64,000 nucleotides of DNA. Origin: Scenedesmus sp. PABB004. Taxonomy: Eukaryota. Where the stretch lies: contig JABVCE010000003.1 of NCBI GenBank assembly GCA_014905635.1, forward strand, positions 310,001-374,000, given 5' to 3'. Under the pieces are notes generated by a model that had not been told where the DNA came from, made no database searches, and was given only the letters and a program-made list of their open reading frames with translations. A program made the translations under genes and the position numbers. Of this stretch, positions 32,861 to 46,836 are shown piece by piece (position 1 is the first letter of the stretch; every line of letters starts with the position of its first letter).

Positions 32861-35800
32861 TGGCCGAGCCGCGGCCAGGCGCGCGCACGGCCGGCCAACG
32901 CCCACCCGCGCGCCGCCGCCGCGCGCGCGCAGGCTGGACCAGCTGCGCGCGCTGTCGGAGCAGCTCGAGGTGTGCCAGAAGAGCCTGTCGGAGTACCTCG
33001 ACACCAAGCGCTGCGCCTTCCCCAGGCGCGCTGGGGCGCCGGGGCGCTGGGGCGCCGGGGCGCCTGCCGCCTGCCGGGGGACGGCACGTGCTGCGCGCGC
33101 GACGCGCGTGTGAGCCCCCTGTCGTGCCGCGGCGCCGCCGCGACAGGTTTTACTTCATCAGCGACGACGAGCTGCTCGCCATCCTGGGCACGTCCGACCC
33201 CACGAGCGTGCAGGAGCACATGCTCAAGCTCTTTGACAACTGCGCGGGTGAGCGGCGCGGCAGTGTCCGCGGCGCCGGCGGCGCGGCGCCAGGGGCGAGC
33301 CGGGCGCGTCGGGCGCGCGCGGACGCAGCCGGCCAAGACGGCCTGACCCGACCGCCGCCGCCGCCGCCGCGGCCGCCGCCGCGCGCGCAGCGCTCAAGTT
33401 TGGGCGCGGCGACAAGAGCATCACCGGCATGGTGTCGTCCGAGGGCGAGGCGTTTGCGTTCCGCAGCGTCGTGCCGGTCGAGGGCCCAGTGGAGGGCTGG
33501 ATGCGGGGCGTGGAGGCGGAGATGCGGCGCACGCTGGCGGCGGTCATGAAGGAGGGCGAGTGGATGATGACCCCGCACGGGCGGGGCCGGGGGGCGGGGG
33601 CTGGGCAGCAGCGGCACGCGGCGGGGCGCGGCGCCTGCGAGAGCGCCTGCCGGGCGCAGGCGCCGACCGCCGCTGCCGCGCGCGCCGCCGCCCGCGCGCC
33701 GCCACGCAGGCGTGTGGAGCTACGCGCACACGCCGCGCAGCCGCTGGATCGCCGACGTGCTCGGCATGGTCACGCTCGCGGGCAGCGCGGTGTGGTGGAC
33801 GTGGGAGACGGAGGACGCCTTCCGGCGCGTGCGCGAGGGCGACAAGCACGCGATGAAGGGCCTCGCGACCAAGCTCACCGACCAGCTCGCGCAGCTCACC
33901 GGCATGGTGCGCGCGCGGCCGCCGCGCTGTGTGGCCCCGCCGCGGGCGCGCTGCCACAGCGTCTGACCCGCGCGCCGGCGCGGCGGCGTGGCGCGCAGGT
34001 GCGGGGCGAGCTCGGGGCGGACGTGCGGCGCAAGGTCAACACGCTCATCATCACCGACGTGCACGCGCGCGACATCGTGCACGCGTTTGTGCGCGACAGC
34101 GTCATGGACGCGCGCGAGTTTGCGTGGGAGAGCCAGCTCCGCTTCTACTGGGACAAGCCCACGGTGCGGGCCCGCGGCGCGGCGCTGCAGTGCGGCCGGG
34201 CGGCCGCGCGGGGCGGCTCAAGTGCGCCGCGGCGCGCCGCGCACGACGACGCGCTGCCGCGCAGGATGACCTGGCCATCCGGCAGTGCAGCGGCGCGTTC
34301 CGGTACGGCTACGAGTTCATGGGCCAGAGCGGGCGCCTCGTCATCACCGCGCTCACCGACCGCTGCTACATGACGCTCACGACGGCGATGACCTTCCGCC
34401 TCGGCGGCGCGCCCGCGGGGCCCGCGGGCACGGGTGCGCGCCGCGGCGGCGGCGGCGCGCAGGGCGGGGGCCCCGCGCTGCGCTGCAGCCTGGCCGCGCG
34501 CCTGCCGGGGGCGGCAGCGGTGGGCGACGCGCTGAGCCTGCTGCGCCGCGGTGCAGGCAAGACGGAGACGGTGAAGGACCTCGCCAAGGCCATGGGCGTG
34601 CAGTGCGTGGTCTTCAACTGCGGCGAGGGGCTGGACTACAAGGCCATGGTGCGCCGCAGGGCTGGCGGGCGGGGAGCGCGCCTGCCCCGCGCCCCGCCCA
34701 CGCGCCGTGCTGTGCGCTGCACCGTGCAGGGCGGCATCTTCTCTGGCCTGGTGCAGTGCGGCGCGTGGGGGTGCTTTGACGAGTTCAACCGCATCGAGGC
34801 CGAGGTGCTCAGCGTGGTGTCGAGCCAGATCAAGCAGGTGCGGCGCGCGCTACCCCTGCCCCTGCCCGCGCGCGCGCCCTCGGCGGCGGCACCTCGCGGC
34901 GCCTGACGCCGTGGTCCGCCGTGCCGTGTCCGCGCCGCCGCCGCCCAGATCCAGGAGGCGCTGAAGAACGACCTCGCGCGCTTCCAGTTTGAGGGGCGCG
35001 AGATCCGGCTGGACCCGCGGTGCGGCATCTTCATCACCATGAACCCCGGCTACGCGGGTGCGGCGGCGCGGCGCGGGCCGCGGGGCGCGGGCGCTGGGGC
35101 GGGCGCTGCCGCGGCGCTGCCCGAGGCCGGGAGCCGCCGCCGGGGCCCGCGCCCGGCCGCCGCCGCTGACTCGCTGACCGCCGGCCGCCGGCCGCCGCGT
35201 TCTGCAGGGCGCACGGAGCTGCCGGACAACCTCAAGGCCCTGTTCCGCCCGGTGACGATGGTCGTGCCCGACATGGAGCAGATCTGCGAGATCATGCTCT
35301 TCAGCGAGGGCTTCGACTCGGCCAAGGTGTGGGAGACGGGGTCAGCACCCCTGCCGCGCCGCGCCGCGCCGCGCTGCGCGCCGCCGCCGGGCGCGCCGGC
35401 CGGCACACGGCACGCCGCGCCCGCGCCTCAGGTGCTGGCCAAGAAGATGACCGTGCTCTACAAGCTCGCCCGCGAGCAGCTGTCCAAGCAGCACCACTAC
35501 GTGAGCGCCAGCCGCGCGCCGGCGCCACGGCTGGCTGGCGCGGCCCCGGGGCCGGCGACGCGCAGGGCGCGCGCCCCACGCGCGCCACCGCACCGCCGCG
35601 CCGCCGCGCAGGACTTTGGGCTGCGCGCGCTGAAGAGCGTGCTGGTGATGGCGGGCGCGCTGAAGCGCGGCGCGCCGGGCATGAGCGAGGCGCTCGTGCT
35701 CATGCGCGCGCTGCGGGACAGCAACCTGCCCAAGTGTGTGTACGACGACGTCCCCCTCTTCCTCGGCCTCGTGGGAGACCTCTTCCCAGGTACACCACGT

Positions 35801-38800
35801 GTGGCCCGCGGCGCCGGCCCCGGCCGGGGCTCCGCCGCCCGCGCGCGCGCGCGCCGCCCGCGCAGGCCGTCGCGCCCGCTGACCGCTCCCCGCCGCGCCA
35901 CGCCGGGCCCTCGCTAGGCATGGACTGCCCGCGCGTGCGCTACCCGCGCTTCAACGACGCCGTCGAGGCGGAGCTGGCGGCGGCGGGGCTGCAGGTCCTG
36001 GCCGGCCCCGGGGAGCAGGTGGACAAGGTGGTGCAGCTCCACGAGGTCCTGATGACCCGGCACACCGTCATGCTGGTCGGCCAGACCGGCGGCGGCAAGA
36101 GCGCGATCCTCGGCGCGCTCGCGCGCGCGCAGACCGCGCTCGGGCGGCGCACGGCGCTGCACGTGCTCAACCCCAAGGCCCTGCCCGTGTCGGAGCTCTA
36201 CGGCGTGCTCGACAAGGACACGCGCGACTGGACCGACGGCCTGCTCAGCAACATTTTCAGGCGCGGCCGGCCGGCGGGGCTGGGGTGGGCGCGCCGGCGT
36301 CGCGGCCCCCGCGATGCGCGCCTCGCCGCCCGCCGCCCCACCGCTTGTGCGTCGCCGCTGCTCTGCGCGGGGCGCAGGGAGGTCAACCGCCCGCTGCCGC
36401 CCGAGCGCGACGAGGCGGCGTACATCGTGTTTGACGGCGACGTCGACGCGGTGTGGGTGGAGAACATGAACAGCGTGATGGACGACAACAAGCTCCTCAC
36501 GCTGCCCAACGGCGAGCGCATCCGCCTGCAGCCGCACGCCAAGCTGCTCTTCGAGGTCGCCGACCTGCAGTACGCCAGCCCCGCGACCATCTCGCGGTGC
36601 GCGCCGCGCGGCGTTGACCGCCGCTCTGCCAGCCCGCGCGCGCCGCCGCCGGCCCACGCTGCGCGCCGGCCCACGCCCTGCGCCCCGCCCCCGCCCCCGC
36701 CTCCTGCCGCCCCCGCGCCTGTGCGTCGCGCCGCAGGTGCGGCATGGTGTACGTCGACTCGCGCGTCCTCGGGTACAGGCCCTATGTCTGGCGCTGGCTC
36801 AACGGCCGCACGCGGCCGGGCGAGGCCGAGGCGCTGTCGCTGCTGTTTGACAAGTACGCGGCGCCCGCGATCGACTGGGTCAGCGAGGGCCTCGACGGCC
36901 ACGACCTGGTGCGGCGCCCCGCGCAGAGCGTGCCGCACACGGCGCTCAACATGGCGGCGCAGCTCTGCCGCCTGCTGGACGCCACGATCGTCGACCATCC
37001 CAAGATGGCAGACCCGCAGGCGCGCACAGCGCGCGCAGCACGCGCAGCGCACTCAGCGTGGCGCAAGGCTTGCGCTGCCCACGCGCCGCCGCCGCCAAGC
37101 GCCGCGCCGCCGGCGCTGCGCGCGCGCAGGTGCTGGACGCGCTGTTCCTCTTCTGCGTCGTCTGGAGCGTGGGCGCGCTGCTGGTGCAGCGCCCCGAGGC
37201 GCGCGAGCGCGAGCGCTTCGACGCGCTGCTGCGCTCGCTCGCGGGGCTGGGCACGCTCGACGCCGAGCGCGTCAGCGCGTCGCAGCTCCCCGCGCGCAGC
37301 CTGTACGACTACGCGTTTGACGTCGGCGACGGCTGCTGGCGGTCGTGGCGCAGCTACGCCGCGCCCTACACGCCGCCGCCTGGGCTGCCCTTTGCGCAGA
37401 TCCTGGTGCCGACCGCCGACAGCGTCAGGCGCGCGCGCCCGCGCAGCGGCGATGCGCATCGGAGGGCTGGCCCCGCCGTCGGCGGGTGCGTGGCACGCCC
37501 CGCACGCAGCGCGGGCTGAGCCGCCGCCGCCGCTGCCGCAGGACGACGTGGCTGCTCAAGACGGTGGTGGGCGCGGGCTCGCCCTGCCTGCTGGTCGGCG
37601 AGAGCGGGACGTCCAAGAGCGTCACCGTCGCGGCCTTCCTGGCGGGGCTCGACCCCGGCACGCACGCGAGCCTGACCATGAGCTTCAGCAGCCGCACGAG
37701 CAGCCTCGACGTGCAGCGCGCGATCGAGGACGCCGTGGAGAAGCGCACCAAGGTGGGCGCGACCGCGCGCGCGCTGGGCCTGGCCCCGCCCGCCCCGCAT
37801 CCGCGGGCGCCGCCGCTGCCGCCTCTGCCGCCACACCGCCCGCGCGCCGCCGCCGCCGCCGCAGGACACGTTTGGCCCGCCGCTGGGCCGGCGGCTGCTG
37901 CTGTTCCTGGACGACCTCAACATGCCGCGCGTGGACGCGTACGGCACGCAGCAGCCGCTCACGCTGATGCGCACGTTTGTCGAGCGCCGCGGCTTCTACG
38001 ACCGCGGCAAGGAGCTGGGCTGGAAGCACGTCAAGGACGTGCAGGCGCTCGCCGCGATGGGCCCGCCCGGCGGCGCGCGCAACGCGGTCGACCCGCGCTT
38101 CGTGAGCCTCTTCTCGGCCTTTGGCATCGCGCCGCCGGGCGCCGACACGCTGCGCACCATCTTCCAGGCGCGCGCCACCGCGGGCGTCGCGCCGGCGGCG
38201 GGGGGGGGGGGGGGGGGCGCCGTCCCCGGTCGCGCCCACGCTGCCCGCGCTGCCCGCGCCGCGCGCGCCGCAGGCCATCCTGGGCGGCCACCTCGCGCGC
38301 GACGCGGCGCCGGGCGTCGCCGAGGCGCTAGGCGAGAGCCTGACCGACGTCACGCTGGAGCTGTACGCGGCGGTGCTGGAGGCGCTGCCGCCGACGCCGA
38401 GCCGCTTCCACTACGTCTTCAACCTCCGCGACCTCAGCCGCGTGTACGAGGGCCTCCTGCGCTCGACGCCGGCGACGGCGCCCGGGCCGGCCGAGCTGCT
38501 GCGCCTCTGGCGCAACGAGGTGCTGCGCGTCTTCCACGACCGCCTCATCTCGGCCGAGGACAAGGGCCTGCTGCAGGCCAAGGTCGCGGAGCTGGTCACG
38601 CGCAGGCGCGTGCCGGCCCGCGCCGCGCGCGCGAGTCCAGGGCGCCCGCGGCCGCGGCGCCGCCCGCCCGCGCAGCGCCGACACCCCCGCCGCGCAGGTA
38701 CGCGCCGCTGGCGGAGCGCGTGCTGGTCGAGCCCGTGCTCTTCGGCGACTTTGGCGGCCTGCTGGCCGACCCCGACGGCCCCGGTGGGCCGCCGCCGCGG

Positions 38801-41800
38801 CGGTACGCGGACCTCGGCTCCTACGCGTCGCTGCAGCCGCTCGCGGAGGCCGCGCTCGCGGCGTACAACGCCGACGCGGCGCACCGCCCCATGGCGCTCG
38901 TGTTCTTTGACGACGCGCTGGAGCACCTCGCGCGCATCACGCGCACGCTGCGCCTGCCCCTGGTGCGAGAGAGCGCGCGGCGGTGGCGCGGCCCGTGGCC
39001 CCGGCCGGGGCGGGCGCTCAGCGCCGCCCCTGCCGCCGCGCGCGCCGCGCCAGGGCCACTGCCTGCTGGTGGGCGTCGGCGGCAGCGGCAAGCAGAGCCT
39101 TGCGCGCCTCGCGGCGCACATGGCGGGCGCGGGCGTGTTTGAGATTGTTCTCACGCGCGGCTACGATGAGGCGGCGTTCCGGGAGGACCTCAAGGCCCTC
39201 TACACCCGCCTCGGCGGGCGGGGCGGCGCGCCGACGGTGCTGCTGTTCACCGACAGCCACGTCGCGGACGAGGGCTTCATGGAGCTGGTGAACAACATGC
39301 TCACCTCGGGTGCGGCGGCGCGGCGGGGACGGCCACGGGGGCTGCGGTGATCCGCGGTGATCGGGCTCATGAGCCCGCCCACCGCCCTGGCAAGGCGGCC
39401 GGCGCCCACCGCGCTGCGCGCGCGCGGCGCGCGGCCGCAGGCGTGGTGCCGGCGCTCTTTGACGACGCCGAGAAGGAGGCGCTCGTGGCGGACGTCCGGG
39501 CGCAGCGCGCCGCCGCGGGCCTGCCCGACGGGCGCGAGGTGTGCTGGGGCGCGTACGTGGAGCAGTGCCGCGCCAACCTGCACGTCGTGCTCGCGATGAG
39601 CCCCGTGGGCGAGGCGCTGCGCACGCGCTGCCGCAACTTCCCCGGCCTCGTCAACAGCACCGTCATTGACTGGTTCGAGCCCTGGCCCGAGCAGGCGCGC
39701 CGAGGCTGTCGGCTGGGCTGGCCGGCGCCGCGCCGCCGCCGAGCGGGCTGGCTGGCCCGCCTGCCGCTCATGCCCGCCGGCCGCCGCGCCCCGCCTCAGG
39801 CCCTGTCGAGCGTGGCCAGCGCGTTCCTGGAGGCCGAGGACCTGCCGGCGGCGCTGCGGCCGGCGATCGTGGAGCACATGGTGCTCGTGCACCAGAGCGT
39901 GCGCCGCTTCAGCGCGCAGTTTGCAGAGGAGCTGCGCCGCCACAACTACGTCACGGTGCGCCCGCGCGGCGGCTGCGCCACGCCCGTACGGGCGTGGCGG
40001 CCCACGCGTGGGCCGGCGCGCCGGCCGTGTGCTTGACTGCCGGCCCCTCTCACGCCCTCCCTCCCTCCTCGCCCTCCCTCCTGCCCTGCCTCCATTGGCC
40101 GCCAGCCCAAGAACTACCTGGACTTCATCGCCACCTACCGCCGCAGCCTCGCCGCGCGGCGCCGCGACACCGCCGACAGCACCGCGCGCCTCTCCAGCGG
40201 GCTCGCCAAGCTCGAGCAGGCGGCGACCGAGGTGGACGGCCTGCAGCGCGAGCTCTCGCGCGCACAGGTCGTCGTGGCGGCGGCCACGGCCGAGTGCGAC
40301 GCGCTGCTGGCCTCCATCACGACCAGCACCGCCGACGCGGAGGGCAAGCAGCGCGCGGCGGTGGAGAAGGAGGCGCAGCTGCAGGTGGAGAGCGTGCAGA
40401 TCGCGGCGGACAAGGCCGACGCGGAGCAGGCGCTCAGCGAGGCCATCCCTGCGCTCGAGGACGCCGCGGCGGCGCTGAACGACCTCAAGCGCGACGACAT
40501 CACCGAGATCCGCTCCTTCGCCAAGCCGCACGTGCTCGTGCAGCGGGTGCGCTGCCGCGCGGCGCGCGCGGGCTGCCCGGCGCGCGGGGCGCACGGCGCG
40601 CGGCGGCTGAGCGGCCGCGCCCCTGCGCCGCGCCGGTGCAGGTGTGCGAGTGCGTGGTCATCCTGAAGGGCCTCAAGGACGTGTCGTGGGGCGGGGCCAA
40701 GTCCATGATGACCGACCCCGGCTTCCTCAAGAGCCTGGTCGAGTTTGACAAGGACGGCCTGAGCGAGAAGCAGGTCAAGCGCGTGCGCGGCGAGTACATG
40801 CGTGACCCGGGGTTCACGCACGAGAGCCTGCGCACCGTCTCCACCGCCGGCGCGGGTGCGGCGCGCGGCGCGCGCGGGGCCGGCGGGGCGGCCAGGCCGC
40901 GGCGCGGTGGCGCGCCCGCGCGCGCGAGCGGCGCGGGGCTCAGGCGCGGGGCTCGCGCGACTGACCCCCGGCGGCCGCGCAGGGCTGCTCAAGTGGGTGC
41001 TGGCCATGGTCAACTACTATGCGGTGGCAAAGGGCGTGGAGCCGAAGCGCCGCAAGGTGGCCGAGGCTGAGAAGAACCTGCGCCTCGCGCAGCGCGACCT
41101 CGCTGACACCAAGGACCAGCTCGCCGCGCTCAACACCCAGCTCGCCGCCCTGCGCGCGGCGTTTGCCGACAAGACCGCGGAGCAGCAGGCGCGGCGGGCG
41201 CGCGGGTTTGGGGGTGGAGGCTGCCGGGGCTGCGGCTGGCGGCCAGCCGGCCCTGCTGACCCGGTCCGCGCCGCTCCTGCCCTGCCCCGCCCTGCCGCAC
41301 AGGACCTGCGGTCCAAGGCTGACCTCGTGGAGCGCCGCCTGCTGGCCGCGGAGCGCCTGATCGCGGGCCTCGGCAGCGAGCGCCTGCGCTGGGCGGCCGA
41401 CGTCCGCGCGCTCGAGGCGTCGTCGACGCGCCTCGTCGGCGACTGCCTGCTCTGCTCCTCCTTCCTCAGCTACACGGGTGCGCGCACGTGCATGCTGTCG
41501 GCGGCTCCGCGGCGGCGCGCCGGGGCGGGGCGCCACCAGCCGGGGGCGCCGCCGCGCCTGGCACACACAGCGCGCCCGACTCCGCGCCGAGCCCCGCCTT
41601 GCCCCCCCCCCCCCCCCCCCCCCCCCCGGCAGGCGCGTTCACGCACAAGTACCGCAGCGAGATGGTGTACGGGCTGTGGCAGTCCGACCTGCGCGCGCGG
41701 GGCGTGCCGCTGAGCGAGCCGTTCAGCCTCGAGCGCGTCATGACCACCGACGTGGAGGTCGCCGCCTGGGCGAGCGAGGGCCTGCCCGGCGACGAGCTGA

Positions 41801-44800
41801 GCGTGCAGAACGGCCTGCTCACGACGCGCGCGGCGCGCTGGCCGCTCTGCATCGACCCCCAGCAGCAGGCGGTCGCGTGGATCAAGCGCCGCGAGGGCAA
41901 GCAGCTGGAGGGCAAGGTCCGCGCGGCGCGCGGGGGCCTGGCTGGCCGCCGCCGCCGGCCGCGGGCGCCGCGCCCCGACCAAACCCCTAAAACCTAGGCT
42001 GCCGCGCCCTGAGAGGTGAACCGCCGCCGCGCGCCTGGCCGCCAGGTCAAGAGCTTCCACGACCCCGACTTCCTCAAGGCCCTGGAGCTGGCGGTGCAGT
42101 ACGGCAGCCCGCTCCTGCTCGAGGGCTGCGACGAGTACATCGACCCGGTGATCGACCCGGTGCTCGAGCGCGCGCCCGCGGGGCCGCCGGGCCCGGGCGG
42201 CGGCGGCGGCGCCGGCGGTGCCGGCGGCAAGGTGGTGATCCGGCTGGGCGACAAGGAGGTTGAGCTGGACCCCAACTTCCGGCTGTACCTCACCACCCGC
42301 CTGCCCAACCCGCACTACGGGCCAGAGGTGGCGGGCAAGACGAGCATCATCAACTACGGCCTCACCCAGCAGGCGCGGGGCGGGGGGGGGGGGGGGTGGC
42401 GGCGGCGCTGCGTGTGTGGGTTGGGGGGGGGGGGGGGGGGAGGCGGGCAGGGCGCGTGGCGTCTGGCGGTGCTGCGCAGCGCCCGCGCCGACTCGCGCGC
42501 TCGCTCACGCACCCGCGCGGCCCCCACGCGCTGCAGGGTCTGGCGGAGCAGCTGCTGGCCGTCACCGTCGCGCACGAGCGCCCCGACCTGGAGGAGGCGA
42601 GGTGGGCGCGGCCGCCGCCTGCCGCCGGCGCGCGCGCGCGCGCGCGCGCGCTGCGGGCCTCACGCGGACCGCCTGCGCGCGCCGCCGCGCCCGCGCAGGG
42701 CGGGGCTGGTGGCTGACATGTCGACCAACAAGGCGCTGCTGAAGCGGCTCGAGGATACGCTGTTGCGCGAGCTCAGCGCCGCGAGCGGCAACATCCTCGA
42801 CAACGGCGAGCTCATCGCCACGCTCGAGGGCGCCAAGGACAAGGCCGTGGACATCGCGGCCAAGCTCGAGGCGGCGCGCCGCACCGCGGCCGCGATTGAC
42901 GACGCGCGCGTGCGCTACGTCCCCGCTGCGGCGCGCGGCGCGACGCTGTTCTTCGTGCTGGCGGGCCTCTCCCGCGTGAGCAGCATGTACGAGTACAGCC
43001 TGGCCGCCTTCCTCAAGGTCTTCAACGCGGTGCGCCGAGAGAGAGAGAGAAACCGTTCCCCGCCGCGCGGCAGCTCCCCGGAGGCCCCGCCGCCGCCGCC
43101 GCCGCCCGCCGCACCTCCGCGCCGCGCCGCCGCGCAGTCGCTGGCGGGCAGCAAGCGCGAGGCGACGCTCGAGGGCCGGCTGCGCGCGATCACCGACACG
43201 CTCACGTGGGACGTCTTTGCCTTCACCTGCCTGGGCCTCTTTGAGCGCCACAAGCTCATGCTGAGCTTCCAGATGGCGGTCAAGGTCCTCGAGGGCGGCC
43301 CCGCCGCGCTCGACCCCGCCCTGCTCGACTTTTTCCTCAAGGGCAGCCTCAGCCTCGAGCCCCACGCGCAGCCGCGGCCCCACGACTGGCTCCCCGCGCA
43401 GGGCTGGCAGGACCTCATGCGCCTCACAGACCTCGCGGCCGCGCGCCCCGCGCCCGACGGTGCGGGGGCGGGCCCGCGCGCGTGCCGAGGGCCTCAAGCG
43501 GGGGCACGCCGGGCGACAAGCCGCGCCTGCCCCGGCGCCCGCCCACCCGCGCCGCGCGCCGCCCGCGCGCTGCGCGTTTGCCACGCAGGCGGGCGCCACC
43601 CGCTGTGCGGCGTGGCGGATGACATCGCGGCGCACGGGAACGCGTGGCGGGCGTACTGCGAGGCCGATGCGCCCGAGAGCGCGGCGCTGCCGGGTGGCCT
43701 CAGCGCGGCGCTGACCCAGTTTGAGGCGCTGCTGCTGCTGCGCTGCCTGCGCGTCGACCGCGTGAGCGTGGGCGTGAGCGCCTTTGTCGCGGCCACGCTG
43801 GGCGAGCGCTTTGTGTCGCCGCCGGTGCTCGACTACGGCGCCATCTTCAGGCAGAGCAGCGAGACCACGCCCGTCGTGTTCGTCCTCTCGCCCGGCGCCG
43901 ACCCGGCGTTTGACGTCTTCAGGCGCGCCGCGCAGCTGCGTCGGCCGCCGCTGCGTGACCGACTGCGTGCTGTGTGCTGCGCCAGCGCCGGGCCCGTGTC
44001 GCGTGGCGGCTGGGGCTCAGCGGCGCGCGCCGCCCGCGCGCCCGCGCGCAGGCTGGGCGAGGAGCTCGGGTTCAAGCCGGGCGCGAAGCTCAAGTACATG
44101 GCCCTGGGGCAGGGCATGGGGCCCAAGGCGGCGGAGCTCATCGAGGCCGGCGCGGCGCGGGGGCTGTGGGTGATGCTGCAGAACGTCCACCTCCTGCCGC
44201 GCTGGCTCTCCGGCCTCGACAAGCTGCTCGACCGCCTGACCCGCCCGCACAAGGACTTCCGGCTCTGGCTCACGACCGAGCCGAGCGAGGCCTTCCCGCT
44301 CGGCCTGCTGCAGCGCAGCCTCAAGGTCGTGACCGAGCCGCCCAACGGGCTGCGCCTCAACATGCGGCAGAGCTTTGGGAAGATCAGCGAGGACGTGCTG
44401 TCGCAGTGCGAGCACCCCGCGTTCAGGCCGCTCGTCTACGTGCTCGCATTCTTCCACGCCGTCGTGCAGGCGCGCCGCCGCGGCAGTCCCCGCGCCCCCG
44501 CGGAGGCCCCAGCGCGGAGCTGCCGCCGTGGCCGTGCGCAGCCGCGCGCAACAGCCGGGCCCGCGCGCGCGCGCGCGCGCCCGACGCCCCGCCCGCCCCC
44601 GCCGCCGCCGCGCCGCCCGGCGCGGCCAGGAGCGCCGCAAGTACGGCAAGCTGGGCTGGAACGTGGCGTACGACTTCAACGAGACCGACTTCCGCATCTC
44701 CCTCGCCCTCATTGCGACGTACCTGGGCAAGGCCCTCGCGCGCCGCGGCGCACCCGGGCCGGCGGCTGCCGGCAGCGCCGGCGCCGGCGGCGGCGAGGAG

Positions 44801-46668
44801 GGCACCATCCCCTGGGCCACGCTGCGGTACCTGATCGGGGAGGCCATGTACGGTGCGTGGCGGCGGCGCGGGCGCCGCGCGTGGGCGGCCGCCCCCTTGC
44901 CCCCCCTGACCACATCCGCCCGCTCGCCCGCACCCGCGCCCCGCGCGCAGGCGGGCGCGTGTCTGACTCGTTTGACCGCCGCGTGCTGGGCACCTACCTG
45001 GAGGAGTACCTGGGCGACTTCCTCTTTGACGCCCACACGCCCTTCCACCTGCACGTGTCCCGCGACGGCGCGGCGCTCGACGTCCCGCCCCCGGGGCCGC
45101 GCGAGGCGTACGCCGCGGCGATCGACGCGCTGCCGGTGGTGCAGAGCCCCGAGGTGTTTGGCCTGCACGGCAACGCCGACATCAGCCACTACACCTCCGT
45201 GGCCAAGGCGCTGTGGGCCAACCTGGTCGACCTGCAGCCCCGCGTCGGCGCCGCGCCGGGCAGCGTCAGCCGCGACGACTTTGTGCGCGGCGTCGCGCGC
45301 GACGTCGCGGCCAAGCTCCCGGAGCCCTTCGACCTGCCGCTGCTGGCGAAGGGCCTGGGCGTGCCGACGCCGACGCAGGCGCGCACCGCGCGGCGGCGGG
45401 GGCGGGGGGGGGGGGGGGGCGTGCGCCGCGCCGCGCCCGCGTGGGGCGGGGGGCGACCGCTGCGCCGGCGCCGTGCCGATGCGACGCCGAGGCGCCGTCT
45501 GGCCGCGCCGCGCCGCGCAGGTGGTGCTGCTGCAGGAGCTGGCGCGCTGGAACGGCGTGCTGGAGGCGATGGCGGCCAGCCTCAAGGACCTGCAGCGCGC
45601 GCTGTCGGGTGCGCGCCGCGCGCGGCGCGCGGCGCGCGGCGCGCAGGGCCATCGTCGCTGCTGGCTCGTGCGCCGCCGCCACGCCCCCTCGCCCCCTGCC
45701 TCCCCGCGCGCAGGCGAGGTCGGGTTCAGCGCCGCGCTGGAGGAGCTGTGCGGCGCGCTCTACAACGGCAAGCTGCCGCCCGCGTGGGCTCGGCTCAACC
45801 CGGCGACAGAGAAGCCGCTGGGCCCCTGGATGGCCTGGTTTGCGCGCCGCACGGAGCAGTACAAGGCGCGACGGCGGCGGCAGCGCCCGCGCCCGCGCCC
45901 GCGGCGCGCGCGGCTGCGCGCGCGGTGCTGAGCGGCCCTCCCGCCCGCCCGCGCGCGCGCACGCGCAGGCGTGGGCCGAGGAGGGCGAGCCGAAGGTCAT
46001 GTGGCTCGCGGGGCTGCACGCGCCGGAGACCTACCTTGCCGCGCTGCTGCAGGCGGCGTGCCGCGACCGGGGCTGGCCGCTCGACCGCAGCGCGCTGTGC
46101 AGCCAGGTCAGTCGCCTGACTGACCCGGCGCAGGTGCAGGAGAGGCCCACGTGGGTGCCGCGCGCGCGCGCTGCGCGCCGGCGAGGGGAGCTGCCGGGGC
46201 TCGTGGCTGTGCCGCCGCGGCGGCGTGCGCCGCACCCGCGGAGCGCGGCGCCCCTGCGCCACCGGCGCAGGCACGGCTGCTACGTGTCGGGTCTGTACCT
46301 CGAGGGCGCCGCGTGGGACCGCGAGGCGGGGAAGATCTGCCGGCAGGCGCCGCGGCAGACGGTGGACGAGCTGCCGCTGCTGCAGGCGCGTCGCGGCCGC
46401 CGCGCGGGGGCGCAGGCGCCGCCTCAGGCCGCGCACGCGCGCGCTCAGCGCCGCCGCCCCGCACCGCCGCGCCGCGCCGCAGATCATCCCGGTGGAGGCG
46501 AGCCGGGCGCAGCTGGCGGGCACGTTCCGCGCGCCCGTGTACGTGACGCAGGCGCGGCGCGGCGCGATGGGCGGCGGGCTGGTGTTTGAGGCGGACCTCG
46601 CGACCGACGCGCACGCGAGCCACTGGGTGCTGCAGGGCGTCGCGCTCGTGCTCAACACGGACCGCTGA
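25106..46668 (+). CDS. DHC1: Axonemal inner-arm I1/f dynein heavy chain 1-alpha (DNAH10 / Chlamydomonas DHC1 type), about 65 exons
   Basis: P-loops [87 protein letters not shown]-terminus [15 protein letters not shown] resembles DNAH10. The first few exons are less certain. Confidence 0.9.
32803..32857. repeat. (GA)n microsatellite in dynein intron
   Basis: Perfect GA run. Confidence 0.95.
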
Positions 46669-46836
46669 GCACGACCGGGCTGCGCCAGCGGCTGTGATTC
46701 ATTGGGGAGGGGGGCGCTGCGTTTGAAAAGCCGTGCGTCGTCGCCCACTGCGAGAGCGAGCGATGCAGCGAGGCCATGCGCGCCAGAGAGAACGCGCCGC
46801 AGCCACGCGCTCCCGGCCGAGCCTCACAGCCGAGCC

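Noticed and set aside
35912..35917. TAG readthrough or reassignment in the dynein
   Set aside because: This TAG is the 3' splice acceptor, not a codon.
25106..46668. Programmed frameshifts or pseudogenisation explaining frame changes
   Set aside because: Each frame change resolves with a phase-consistent GT-AG or GC-AG intron.
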